NCBI GenBank assembly: GCA_013265495.1
Contig: MU061578.1
Location: forward strand, 1,001,308-1,065,307
Direction of reading: 5' to 3'
Origin: Vicugna vicugna
Taxonomy: Eukaryota
DNA: 64,000 nucleotides
In this document: positions 1 to 12,726 of the stretch, piece after piece
Layout of the letters: every line of letters starts with the position of its first letter
Numbering within the stretch: position 1 is the first letter of the stretch
Made by a program: the position numbers and the translations under genes
The notes under the pieces: model-generated
Database searches by the model: none
The model's input: only the letters and a program-made list of their open reading frames with translations
Told to the model about the DNA's origin: nothing

Positions 1-140
1 TGACATATGAACATTTCATTCTCTTTTACGCATGAGGAAACTGAGGCTCAGAGACGCCAAATAATCTATTCATGAGCAAATCTGATCGGGGATAAGGCCG
101 GTTCTGGAACCCAGGTCTGTCTGAATCCAAGCTCCCAAGT
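1..140 (-). mobile_element. MIR SINE fragment
   Basis: Core atgaggaaactgaggctcagaga ... gaacccaggtctgtctga. Confidence 0.8.
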
Positions 141-749
141 TGTTGCTGTTGTCACAAAGTATAAAAGTGGAGACACTGAGACCCCAGGGGCCTTCCCTAC
201 TTCTACTGAAATAAAAGAAAGGGAAAGCCAGTCAGCCCTAAGACGGAAGTGTCCTGTGATGGAAAATCCAGTCCAAGAGCAAGCACAGTGGCGCACCAGA
301 CGTTGCTCAGAGCTTCGGTACGGCAAGACGTAACAACAGGCCCCAGACTGATCCCCCATGCTCAAGCAGGTTGGCTTGTCGCCCGTGGATGTATTTTTGG
401 GTCATTAACAATTAAACACACACGCTGCATTCCCCTGAAGCAACACAACTTACCAGACCCTCAGACACAGACACACCTCAGTAACTCCCAGTGGGTTCTA
501 CCTCTCTTTTCCATAATCATTGTGATTTTCTGCCCCACCCCGTCCCGCTGAAAACTGTCCTTCCTTTCAGGGCAGAACTCTCTAGTCAATGAAGATCGAA
601 GAAATGGCAGCTTGAGGAATGGACACTGATTAGCCAGCCATGGCTGCCTTGGCGTTGGCACTTCCACTTCAATGCACGCCGGTGGTCCTCCTGGTTCTTC
701 TGTTTCCCATCTTGTCCGACTAAAGACCATTTTCCCATCTCCCATCCAG

Positions 750-1290
750 CTTCCAGAGCAATCTTGTAAAAATGTAACATCAGATCATGGTGTTTCTCTA
801 CTTGAAACTCTCCACAGGTCTTCCGTCTCGCTTAGACCAAAATCTAAACTCCCTGCCATGTCCTAAAAGGGGGCAGATGACAGAGCTGACTTTCCATTCT
901 GCTTCTTACCCCTTCATCCCCTAGGTCCCAGCCATACTGAGCATTCCTGTTAGCCCCATGTGCGCCCATATCATTCCACCGTAGGGCTTCTGCTTTTCCC
1001 CTTGCTGAACTTCCTTCCCTACACCAGGACATTACACAACTGGCCCCTGCTTGTCAATCAGATCTGAGCTCAAATTCCACACCTCCCCTCCTTCAATCAT
1101 CCAAAATGACCCTCTCAGTTGCTATCATGTAACCTGTCTTATTTTCTTCACAGCACTTAACACCATCTGATGTTCTCCGGCTTATTGCCTGCTTTCCCCT
1201 ATTAAATCTAAGTGGTCTTATTTACCCCTGCAACCCTGCTGTCCAGCCCGCACTGCCCCTTCAATAAATCTTTACTCAATCAATGAACAC
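750..1290 (+). mobile_element. L2 LINE 3' fragment
   Basis: cagatcatg...aaactctccac start, pyrimidine-rich body, tail tcaataaatctttactcaatcaatgaa. Confidence 0.7.
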
Positions 1291-2994
1291 ACATGGAAGC
1301 CAAGCTAGAGCCATCTGCATTTCCAAACCACCACCCCACCGACACTTCAGCCTCTGAAATGCGTCTGGCATGTCGTCACCCTCATTTTGATTTTGAGGGT
1401 CAGATATAAAGACGGACAGGGAAGAACTTTAACGGGTAAGCTACAGATGGAGGAAAGGTCTTGTGCGTTTCCCACGCACATTCCAACGCGGGCAGGCAGG
1501 CTCGCCTCCTCCCAGTGCCACTGGCAAGCCTCGTCTCTGATTTCTTTCTCCAGTCTATAAAGGGAATATGTTATACTTTTAGGACTTAATGGAATTAGAA
1601 GACGGACTTTGTTTTTTAAGAGAGAAAGCAAAGTCATTTAAATTGAAAACTGATCTTATGCTGTCAACATGCATTTGGTTTGTAGGAGAAATACTCAGGC
1701 AGGAGCGATGAGAGCTGACAAGGCAAGTCTGGTCTGTCTCCCAGTCTCAGCTCCTGAGGGAAGGCTGCCCGGAAGACGTCGTGATGTCTTGAGTAGCTTG
1801 GTTTTTGACCCAAGTTGTAGTCTTAACGTGAGCCTGGACTCGAACCAGGTCCTAAGAGAGAGTTTTGTGTTCCACGAGTCATGCGTGCACTCATGGCTTC
1901 CTGGTAGTGATGGAGTTCTTCCTTTCCTCGCCCTTCACCACCTTCGATTCATGGATCATGGACGGAAAGGTGGGAAGAGGAACACCCACCTGGTTGGTTG
2001 GAGCCAGCCCACCTCTGCTTCTCTCTCACGAAAGTCTCTCATCCCTGGGATTGTTTGCTTGCTTCCTTGCCTTCGCCCCAACCTTCCTCTTCCCATCTGA
2101 CTTAATACTTAATTTTCAGATGACCCATTTACTAGAATCCCCAGCTACTACCGTGCCATGGCTGCAGGAATGGGAGAGAACATAGGATGTGCATTTTGTC
2201 TTAAAATATCACCTTAGTCTTTATGTACCTAACACAAAGGATATTCCTAAGTTTAAAAAAAAATCATTGATTCTATTTTTAAAAGCTTTTTATTTAAAAA
2301 AAAAGGTGCTGGCTGCAAGTGATACAAATCTTTATGTTTAGGATGAGGGTATGAGAACTTTTTTTGGAAGAGAATATGTGTATAGAAGAAAGACTAGAGG
2401 TATAGACAGTGATTTGAAGTGGTTATTTGCGGGTGGTGGATTATAATTCATGTGTGTGTGTGGGATGTGTGTTTGTGGTTTTCTGATTGCCACACTTATT
2501 TAGCACTTACCTTGAATTAATTTTATAACTAGAAAAATAGGAGATTATTTTCAAATGAAATTTCTGTTGGAAAGGAGCCCAAGAAGAGGGGCATAAGCTT
2601 AAATCAAAGGCCAAGCAAATTGGCTGCTTACTGAGACCCACAGCAAGGTGTGGCTCGCTTCCTGAAGGTAGACAGCTCTGCGGGGAAGGGGCTAGCAGGC
2701 CTGGACCTCAGCCACAGGTGAGGCCCACTGAAGGCTGTCACCAGCCCTGTAAAACCCATCTCTTGGGGAGGCTTCTGGGTCACAGAAACTCTTTCCCCAC
2801 CTCCCTTTCCTCAGGGCTCTTCGACACTACTCCAAATGGGCTCCAAGTACCTGAGGTCTGGACACAGTTCACGGATTCAAAGATGGAGATGTGCCCTGAG
2901 CTGGACCCCTCAATCGCTTTCCTGGAAATAGGAAATTTGAGTGGCAGGCACACAGAGGCTGGCGGACTTTGCAGTCCAGTCACTGTGTGCCTAG

Positions 2995-3170
2995 TCAACA
3001 TGGCTTGGTTGATACTTTGAGATGGGCAATTCTTAAGAATTCTGAATAATTTTAGTTGTTCTATGCATTGCAACGTGCCAGAAGCAACGCCTCTCCAGTT
3101 ATGACAACTCAAAATGTCTCTGGGCATGGCCTAATGCCCCTGTGGGCAGGACCACTCCTCACCCAGACAG
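2995..3170. mobile_element. MER20-like hAT-Charlie DNA transposon remnant
   Basis: ccagttatgacaactcaaaatgtctctgggcatggcctaatgcccctg resembles the recalled MER20 end. Confidence 0.6.
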
Positions 3171-5074
3171 AATGTCCAGAAACTCTATCTGCCAAGGTCC
3201 CTAGGTCTTCCCAACCTCTTGTACCTCCCTTGGCTTGATTTTCTCTTTTCCCCTCTTTCGAATCCAAGAGCTTCTGTGCATTCAATTGTTTATGCATCAC
3301 ACCTAAAAAAAAACCCAGTAAAAATATAAATACCGCCCCTACTATATTTTTGTTAAGCTAGCCAGGATTGGGTTCTGTTCCTTCAACCAAAGTGATCTTA
3401 ACAAAAATATCCACATTTAAGAATCCTCTTTTGGTTTCTTGACATTCAAAATGGTGGATCATCTGTCATCTTTCAACCCACAGAAAGCCAAATGGTTCTT
3501 CTCAACTTATCTCTGAGAGTGGGGTAGATCTGAGCACAAAGGCATGAATGAAGCAGGTGCTCCTGGGCCACGTGGGACACTGAAAATACACCACAGTGTG
3601 TGGGCAACCAGACCCCTACAGAGTGAACCACGATGACAGAGAAAAGGCCACCTAACCAAGGAGGGAGGGTGGCTTGATTGCGATGGGAAGTTTAGATCGA
3701 ATGCCAGCACGGGAGGAAGTTGGGAAGCCAGGAAGCAGAGATGTCATCAGACACACACCTTGCCCATCCCTGGGGTGGGGGCACTTTACAAAGTGCTCCT
3801 TGGCAAGGCGCTGACTTGCTGGAATCAAACGCTAAAGAAAATACACAGGCAGACAGCGTCGCACACTGAAACCCCACGACTGGTTGCACAGATAAGAGTC
3901 CCATGTGCGCTGAGCTCCCCTCAGCAATGGGAGGCTTCTGATCCATCCCCAGGCTACTCCATCACCGTGGAGCAGGTGGGAACTCCGGTCCCCTACACCA
4001 CAGACAGGGATGGGACTCGGCGGCTGATGACTGGCGGGCTGTATGATGGGTGAACGCGTCCAGCATCTGCTCGGCCCCCCCACGAATATTAGGCCCTCTG
4101 GCAGGCGGTACCAGGCCCCTCAGCTAAATCACAACGGGACCCACCTGCCAACGCGCCAGGTGTGAAACGAGCCCCAGCTCATTAGAGTCCTTAAGCCCCC
4201 ACTCAGATCCCTGGAAAGGGCTTCAGGCAAGCGCAGGGCCACCCGTACAGCCACGCTCTGTGAGGCCGGAGAAGCCCGCCTTGTTCAGATGGTCATTGGC
4301 CAGTCCGTGTCAATTTCGCATTTCCTGTCAAAACCACCCTGAGAGCAGGCACCTCGGTGTTTACACCTCTCACCAGAACAAATGCAGAGCTGTTGAAGGG
4401 AGAAATAAGACACCACCACAGTAACAATAGAAGACATCGCCTGCAAGCTGTCCGCGGCCCCTGGAGTAACTGACATGTTTGACAGAAAGTGCGTGTTGGT
4501 AACGTTGCTTGATGTGTGTTTAAAGGGAAAACGGGAAGTGTGTTTCCAGGAGGCTTAGACATTGATAACCAAAAGGAAGGTCTTGCAAGCAAAGCCACGA
4601 GGACCGTGTCCCAGCAGTGCCCTCCTCACCCTCTGCCGCCACCCCACCTTCCGTTTTGATCTTCTCCCGGAGGAACGAGGCTTCCACGGGGAACGAGACC
4701 TCTTGACAGAGAGCTGCCAGGCAGAGGGAGGAGAGCAGATCAGAAATGACAGCGGCACAAAACCGCGTTAGCCTTCTGCTCGGAAGACGTGGTACGGGGG
4801 ATAGAAAGGCCGTTCCCCACGGAGGGTGGGGAGACACCACCAGAGCCGGACAGCATGGCAGGGACCTTGCCAGCACCGGTCGGGACCCCGGCTGCCTGAG
4901 CGGAAACCCTGGGTCTGCCATAAACCCCCCTGAGAGCTGGGGCAGGTGTTTCACTTGGCTGAGCCCTAGTTTCCGTCTTTCCAGCATAGTTTGGTGCCGT
5001 AGTAAAAATAGTCTATGGAAAGTACCCAGTGGAGTGACTAGGAGCTACAGCATGACTAGAAATAGCAATAAGAT

Positions 5075-5500
5075 CATTATTATCATGTAATGATATAATT
5101 ATAAGATAATAATGTAGTAATATAATTATATAATAATTGTCATGTATTATATATTACATAACAGCAATTATATTTATATAAGTTATGACCGATGTATACA
5201 ATGACGCATAGTACTATATAGTACAGTATGTAATGTGTTAATTTATTATAATGTATGATGTTATATATAACTGTTATATAATGGTGCCTAAAGTTGCATC
5301 TAATTATGATACATTTCACTTGTTATATAATCAATAATATGTCACATAATTATATAAAATAGTATAATTTAAAAATCATTATATGATTATATGTGATAAT
5401 TATATTTCTATGCATTTTCTGTATGCATTTATACCTAATGCATATTATTACATGTACATAGTGTAGCAGTAATTGCATCATCCTTATTATATTATTATCT
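5075..5500. repeat. AT-rich low-complexity tract (TAA/TA-like)
   Basis: About 420 bp of degenerate tataat/attata units. Confidence 0.85.
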
Positions 5501-5794
5501 CTATCCTTGGCAGAGACCTTACTGTACACCAAGTACCATGACAGTGAAGTACAAGTGTTCACTCGTGCGATTTTCAAAGGCAGCTCTGGTGTTGTCCCCA
5601 CCCAACGCTGGAGGACACGAAAGCATGTGTTTAGGTGCTTTTAATTTGCCCGTTTTGCAGACGAGAAAACCGCAGTCCAGAATCGTTTAGGAGCTTCCCC
5701 GTGGAGGCAAAGCTGAGATTCTAACCCAGCAGTCTGCAGTCTGGCTGGAGAGCTAGCGCTCTTAGCTCATACATATTGCATACACATACATAGT

Positions 5795-5797
<3 letters not shown>

Positions 5798-5831
<34 letters not shown>
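5798..5831. repeat. (AT)17 microsatellite
   Basis: Perfect dinucleotide run. Confidence 0.95.
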
Positions 5832-5834
<3 letters not shown>

Positions 5835-8800
5835 GCACTCAGTGTTGCCTCTGTTCTGTAGTTTGGTTGTGGTGGGGCTGCAGTACACTTGGAAATTAAC
5901 TTGCTGATACACACACTGAGTATATTCCAGGTGTGCTGTGCTATGGACTTTGGTCCCTTTAACTACCACCTGATGAGGTGACTGTCACCCAGAGAGGGGA
6001 AGAACCATGCCCAAGGTCACACAGGTAGTAAGTGGTGCCCGAGGTCACCGAGGTGAACGAAGGAGGTGAATCAGGTAGTCTGCCGCAGGGCCCACATCCC
6101 TAAGCCAGCCTGTTCTGTTTTTTCCTCTCTAAAATACAGTGCTTCACTTAGAGACTGCAGGTGAAAGGCCTTACACATGGCCTGGAACATAGTAAATGCC
6201 TGAAAACAAGCAGCTGCTGTTGTTTTTATTACAACCAAATGTGAAAAGCCCAGTAGGCATTTTCCTCCAAGAAAGTGACGGAAGTATGAATTTATGATGC
6301 CGTCTGTTCAGAGGGCAGATTCTCCACCCCTTTTAAACCCTAACAAAGCCCCTGCATTGTCGGTCAACACCAGGTCCTGAGTCCAACTGCTCTTCAGAAA
6401 CCCAGGATTGCCCGTGAGGCACGCAGTTCATTGGGTCCTGCTCCCTGCCTTCTGGTGTAGACGATCTGGGGTTCAGAGTGGACACCTGCAGTGTTAATGA
6501 ACTTGCCCAGGGTCCTGATCAGTAGCAGGACTGGCGAACACCTTGATGCAGGAAGTCCTCGAAGCGACTCAGAGCTGCGTTTTTCCCCGAAGGCTCCCTA
6601 CAAGCTGCGCAGTGCCAGTCAGCTGTCCTGTGCTCGCACAGCCTCCCTGCCACCGGGCGCCGACAGATGGCAGCTATTCTTATTATTTAACATTTATTAA
6701 GCGCCCACAGTGTGCCAGGAGCTGCATGGAACAGGGGTGTGGGTGGTCCCAAAGAGTCTGTCCCCAGAAGGCTGTGGCCACATGGAGGAGAGGGGATGGG
6801 CCTCTCTTTTTCCCTTCAAAGCCCACCCTCCCCCTCTTCCCACCCAGCCCCAGTTCCAGCCCCAGATGTCCTGCTAGAGCAAGTGGACAAAGACCTGGGT
6901 AAGGATTCCATGTGACTGAGACCTGCACATCCTTCTGCATGTGTGTCCAGCAGTCCCATCCCCCCGGGCTCCTGATTTAGGAAATGGGAGGGGATGTGGG
7001 TTTCATGCCCACCAAGGCCATGCACTAAGACTGTCAAACCCCACAGCAGGAAATCCCTGATTGTACTCCACTCCCTTCAGCTGCACCAAAAATGTGTGTC
7101 CCCGGTTATCAGGAATCTCCATCAAAAACAAGAGCAGAGAGCTGCACACGTGCCCGCCCCCTGCCAAACCTAGAGCATCTTCCTAAGAAAAAGATACTGT
7201 AGCAACCCAGGGCAGCATGGAAAACCATGACAACGGCGACGTTGGCCAAGCGCTACGGAGCTCCCACAATGAGCAGGTGCTGCTCTGGCTGCTTGACAAA
7301 CATTATCACATCAAATCCTCAGGGCTCCCATTTGGAGGGGGTGTGACCGTCCCTGCTGTCAAGCTGAGACAGCTGAGTGGGAGCTCAGAGAGGAGGTGAA
7401 GCCCCATATCACGCAGGGGCCAAGGGGCGGCTCAGGTCGGGCTGAGAGGAACAACCAGCCCTGGGTAGGGTGTCATCACGGCTGGACTGCAAAGGCCCCT
7501 GGGGGTGATCACCTTTGAGCTCTTTCCTTCCTGACATTGCTGTGGCAGACACAGCATACGGGACATTGCTCCCATTTTATAGATGAAGAAGTGGAGGCTC
7601 CGAGAGGTCATGCCACTTTCCCAAAGTCACCAAGAGAGGGTCATGGCCAGGCTCAGGTTTCCCTGGCATAAATGCTCTACTCTCAGTTCTCTGGCCTAAA
7701 TCCTTAACTGTGCTGCCTCATGAAATGTGAAGAAATAGATCTTTAGAGAGTGGTTTGTGAGAACACGATGGAATGCAGTAGTTGACTGCCTCCTTGGCCA
7801 CTAAATCTTCCCCGCCTCCGGGAGCCAGTGCAGATTAGAGAGTGGAAGGGAAAGGAACAGCTGAGGGAGGCCACCTTCTCCCTCGCGGCAATGCGCCGGA
7901 CTCCGCCGCGTTACTCTGAGCCAGATGCAAGGACAGGGCAGAGCCGGCCACTGCTTCAGAGACAGAGCCCCGCTGTCACCCTTTCCTCTCAGAAAAAAGA
8001 AAAAGAAAAACAAGCAAACAAACAACACACACTCTTTGTCCCCTGGAACATACCAGAAGCCCTGTCATTTGGGAATGATGGGCAGTGTCAGAGGTCATGG
8101 TCCTGGGAATGTAGAAAACCTTGCCTGAGCCGCTGACGGTGGTAAAAACCATGTACTGGGTGGGCTGAGTGGGGCTGACACTCTACAGAGATCTACCTTC
8201 CAGCATCTATGTTTCACTTCCAGCTCGACTGCCAACGCCATGGCCATCTAAGCTACCTCCGAGGACAGGGACTGGATCTTAGTTACCTCAGTGTCCTCAG
8301 AGCTTACAAGAGATTCCAGCATGGTAGCCATGATCATTATTGCAATGAATGAATGAATTTCCCAGGGCCTCTGCCTCTTACTTTTACAAGCCTGAAGCAC
8401 TCAAGCTGGAAACTGGGCTTTGCAGAAGACAGCAGTCCCATTCGCCCAGAGGAAAAGACCCACAGGGGATTGTGTTCAGGGCTTCTGGAGACCTCTCAGG
8501 GTTTGGCAGTTAATCAAGTGGACGAGCTAGCTGCTTGCATGCTGGTGGGATGCATGTGTGATGAGTCTATCTTTAGACAGGAGAGACACATAAACAGGGG
8601 CGAGTATCTCTATCCTAAGTTAGCCAGGGAGGCACTTACCCAAAACAACCTTTAAAAGAGGGGGAGGGGGCTCTGGTTCGCCATCAAGGGCTCAGATTGC
8701 TGAACACCAAAGCAGCAAAGTAGAGTGTGAAGTCTGCAAGTCTCTCCAGCCCCGCTTGCCCCATGCCAACGTATTATAAAAAGCATACTTGCTGAGATAG

Positions 8801-9639
8801 CATGCCTTTAAAATGATCAAAATGACAGATGGCTGCTGCAGAAACACATCCTTTTTATAGGACTGCTATTAATCAGAAGAGATTGACAGTGTCCCTTTAA
8901 TCTTTTAATTAAAAAAAATGCATTTCTATACAACAGCATGGGGCAAATTGCTGGCATCTCCAAGTGCTTTGAGATGATGGAAGGTCCACGTTATTTCAAA
9001 CTTAATAACTGGACGGCTTTGGTATCTCTTTATATACTTACTTATGTATGTATTGCTAATTTAAGAAGAAGTGATGTGGTTGCATGATGTGAGAAACCCC
9101 ATCTTGCCTCAGTTATGGGTTACTGGATGTCCTTGCCAGGCTGTCTTTACCTTCGTGGATCATGATGTTCTCACCTGTAAAAAGGTGGGGACATCCCACG
9201 CATGCCCTGGTGGGAGACACGGCTGTAATTACTTTAGGGGGGGAAGACACTGAATAAAACTGGCATGTCTGCCTTTGATTCATACAATTATGATGGAGAA
9301 ACAAGATGCATTAGATGAAAGTCAGTGAATATGATCACTGGCAAGAAAAAAAAAAAGTAATCTGATAAGTAAGGTCAGAAATCCACCACTTTCTTCCCTG
9401 GGGAGGTGTGTGCAAGGTTTGGGGAAAAAAAAAACATGTTCAGATGTTTGTAATAACTTCAACTATTCAGACAGTTGTAATAGAGCTCAACTCATTGAGA
9501 ACCTGTTTGTTTTTGTTTTTGCTTTTGTTTTGCCTGTCAAGCACCCCAATTTCATAACAGGACTCTGATTGTTCCTTTACTCCAATAGCCCAAACCGCTC
9601 GGCTGGGCCTGACCCCACACTCCAGCTTGACTCTAGCAG

Positions 9640-9975
9640 AGTCAAGATGACTGATGTGGGGGTGGGTGTGGCTTGCAAGACAAGCCAAAGAGACTGCTAT
9701 GTGGAATTTTTGCAGTTGGGAAAGAGACGTGCTAAGATGGGTTGGGATGGAAGTCTGAGGTTTCTGGAGACCATCTTTGTCACAAGTTGGACTCAAATGT
9801 GCTCATGAGTGAAGATCAAGTAGAGAAGACTACTTTGTAGGTGTGGAGAGACATGACTTGGGATGTTGGAGCTTCTGAATTCAGCCGTGCCTGAAACTGG
9901 GCAGTTTCATTTTTCCCCTCTAACCAATGTGAATTAAATTTGTGTCACTTGAAAATAAGAGTTTTGAGTAACACC
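9640..9975 (+). mobile_element. MLT1-type (ERVL-MaLR) LTR remnant
   Basis: gagcttctgaattcagccgtgcctgaa ... tgtgtcacttgaaaataagagttttgagtaacac resembles an MLT1 3' end. Confidence 0.5.
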
Positions 9976-10049
9976 TGTCCTCTCTCTTCAGAACAATACA
10001 GAATAAACATTATATATACACATATATGCCAGACCTTTCCCACGTATTA

Positions 10050-10330
10050 GGGTATGAGCTTCATGTTGGAGAGGACCTTGTATGTTTTGCACTCTGCCTC
10101 AGCACCCACACTCCTGGTTCACAGCCCGGCATACAGTAGGTGCTCAGTAAATACTTGCTGAATGAAGAGATGAGTCATACTGAAAGCTCACAACCGTTCT
10201 GCAAGACAGGTAGCCCTGTTTTCACTTTGTAGCTGGGAAAACAGCCTTGGGGAGGTTAATTGACAAGCCCAAGGCCACACGCTTAGTAAATGCCAGAGCC
10301 AATCTATCAACCTGGAGCTGTTTGACTCCA
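10050..10330. mobile_element. L2 3' end (+) followed by MIR (-)
   Basis: ggcatacagtaggtgctcagtaaatacttgctgaatgaa, then MIR-like ggttaattgacaagcccaaggccacacgcttagtaaatg. Confidence 0.7.
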
Positions 10331-11527
10331 AATTCTCTTTGCCACCTCCCTGACTCTTTAATTTAGTCTGCTGTTGACATGGCCTCTTTGGCAGTACAGA
10401 AAAGTCACTTAGTGACTAAGATGGAGCAGCTTCAAAGTAAATGACACCACCAGCACTCCTATGAGGCATGCATTCTGATTTCTTTCCCAATCAGCGGATA
10501 CTCCGAGCATGTAGATAACATTGCAGGGCAGCAATGTCAAGACCTGAAAATGGCTCCACCAGCCACACAGCAAAACAGGTTTCTTTCTTTTAGGTCTACC
10601 CAGATGACCTGCACATTCCCTATGTGTTTCTCGACCTTTCTGTAGAGTTGCTTGCTCTTGGTCCCATGTTCAAAAGAGCACTTTGATCGTTCTTGGTATT
10701 GTTGCATATGTGTATGCACATATCTCATAAAATGCATCGCCAAAGTCAAGGATGCTGACTTCTGCTTCCAAATCCAGAGTGCAGTTTGCTCGTACCATTG
10801 CTACTCATGTCAAGGGAGGCATCAATCAGTATTTCTCTGCTACCGTCTAGTTCTGTGGGGTGGAAGGTGGAAAACACTCAGCCTTGAGGGGCCTTAATGT
10901 CTAAAAGAGAAAGGACGGCAAAGAGTGATCAGGGCTCAAATCTGAGGAATTTGGCATTCACCTGCCAGATTCACAGGAGGGCATTACAGAGAACATTCCT
11001 ACCTGGGCACACAGAGACTTAGGACTTAGACGTTTCAATTCTGAGAGTCCTCCCAACTCCTCCAGACTCATGTCTTTTGACCTTTGAGACCTATGAGTAA
11101 ACAAGGTCAAATCCCACAGGGCCAGGGAACTGGGGAAGACACTGAAGCTGCGTCTTGATGTGTCAACCTGACACCATGAATTCACCCAAGTTCTCTGCTC
11201 TGCGAGGGAGGACTTCCTCCTTTGCACGCCCAGTGAACGTCTGCGGATGCTCTACAGCCCAACTCAAAGGCCACCATTCCCTCTGGAACCACCCTCTTCT
11301 CTACTGCAAGATGCATCCACCTGCTCCCTCTCCTGGGTGTTGCTATGTGCTCCTGTGGACGCACCTCAATAGCAGATCAGTGGTTAAGAGGGAAGGCTCT
11401 GGTCTGTCAGACCTGGTCCAAATCTCAGCTCTGTCACTGACAACCCTTGTGACCTTGGGCAAGTGACCTTTCTTTAAGGGTCAGTTTCAGGTTCTCCCAT
11501 ATGCAGAAAGGGCATCATAACGAATGA

Positions 11528-11870
11528 CTATGATCCCTTATCTGAGACCCTTGGGGTCACCTGTACCTTGGAACTCAGATTTTTTTGGATTTTTCTCTTC
11601 CAGAACAGTGTTTCATTGGAAACAGATTATGTAACCCTCTCAGCGGGGTCTGGGACAGCACTCTGAAATCAAACACATAAATATTCCCGTAACAAAATAT
11701 ATGAATATTCACACTACGCGGGATAAAGGAAGTCTATAAATAGCCACACATCATTTCAGGTCAAGTTGTCTTCCAAAATGCGTTCTGGTGCCCAACTCCC
11801 CACCTCCCGAAAAAAATAAAACCCTGATTTTCCGAGTTCTTTGGAATTTAAAATTACAGATAAGGAAGGG
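11528..11870. mobile_element. MER46C-like TcMar-Tigger element, next to a MIR (about 11375-11520)
   Basis: Inverted ends ccttatctg ... cagataagg; internal gggataaa...ctataaatagcc. Confidence 0.6.
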
Positions 11871-11899
11871 CAGAACAACAGCACCCAGCTTTAGGGTTA

Positions 11900-12726
11900 C
11901 GGCAGCCCCCGCCCTGCCCCCCAACATCTGTGGTTTCATTTTTCAGATTTCAGTTACTTGTGGTCAACCACGGCCTGAAAATATCAAATGGAAAATTCCA
12001 GAAGTAAGACATTCCTAGCTTTTAAATTGTGTGCCTTTCTGAGTGGTGCTGTCCCACCCGGTCTCCTCCTGCCCCGTCCAGGACGTGGGTCACCCCTTTG
12101 TCCAGCAGATCCCACCCATGCTTCATACCCATCTCGGTTATCAGATCAACTCCCAGGTTATGGCAAACGACACTTATTTCACGTAATAATGGCCCCAAAG
12201 TGCAAAGGCGGTGATGCTGGCAGTCCACTTGGACCAGAGAAGCTGTCAAGTGCTTCCTTTAAGCGAAAAGGTGAAAGTTCTTGAAACAAAGTCATACACG
12301 GAGAGTGCTAAGATCTACAGTAAGAACAAACCTTCTCTCCCTGGGATGGGGAAGAAGGGAAAAGAAATCCATGCTACTCTTGCTGATACACCTCAGACTG
12401 CCAAAGTTACGGCCAGTGCTTGATAAGGGATTAATTAAGATGGAAAAGACATTAACTTTGAACAAAGTATGAGAGAGAGAGAGAGAGAGAGAGAGAGGAA
12501 GAGTGCATAATCACATAACTTTTATTGCAGTACTTTGTTGTAATTGTTCTATTTTATTATTAGGTATTGTTAGTCCTTACTCGGCCTAATTTATAAATTA
12601 AACTTTATCGTAGGTAGGTATGTATAGGAAAAAACATAGTATATGTAAGGCTCAGTACCCTCCGCCATTTCTGGCATCCCCTCAGGGTCTTGGACCATAT
12701 GCCCCACAGATAAGGGGGGACTACTG
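11900..12726 (+). mobile_element. MER44 (Tigger7-derived) non-autonomous DNA transposon with internal (GA)n
   Basis: ggtcaaccacggcctgaaaatatcaaatggaaaattccagaa, ataatggccccaaagtgcaa, and terminal cagataaggggggactactg. Confidence 0.85.

Noticed and set aside
2505..2513. Perfect donor AAG|GTAAGT on the minus strand
   Set aside because: No supporting acceptor, promoter or reading frame found upstream.
9168..9192. Second acceptor-donor juxtaposition (uuuuuaCAG|GUGAGA)
   Set aside because: Looks like a single-base variant of the MIR core ttttacagatgag, a very common chance source; weaker donor.
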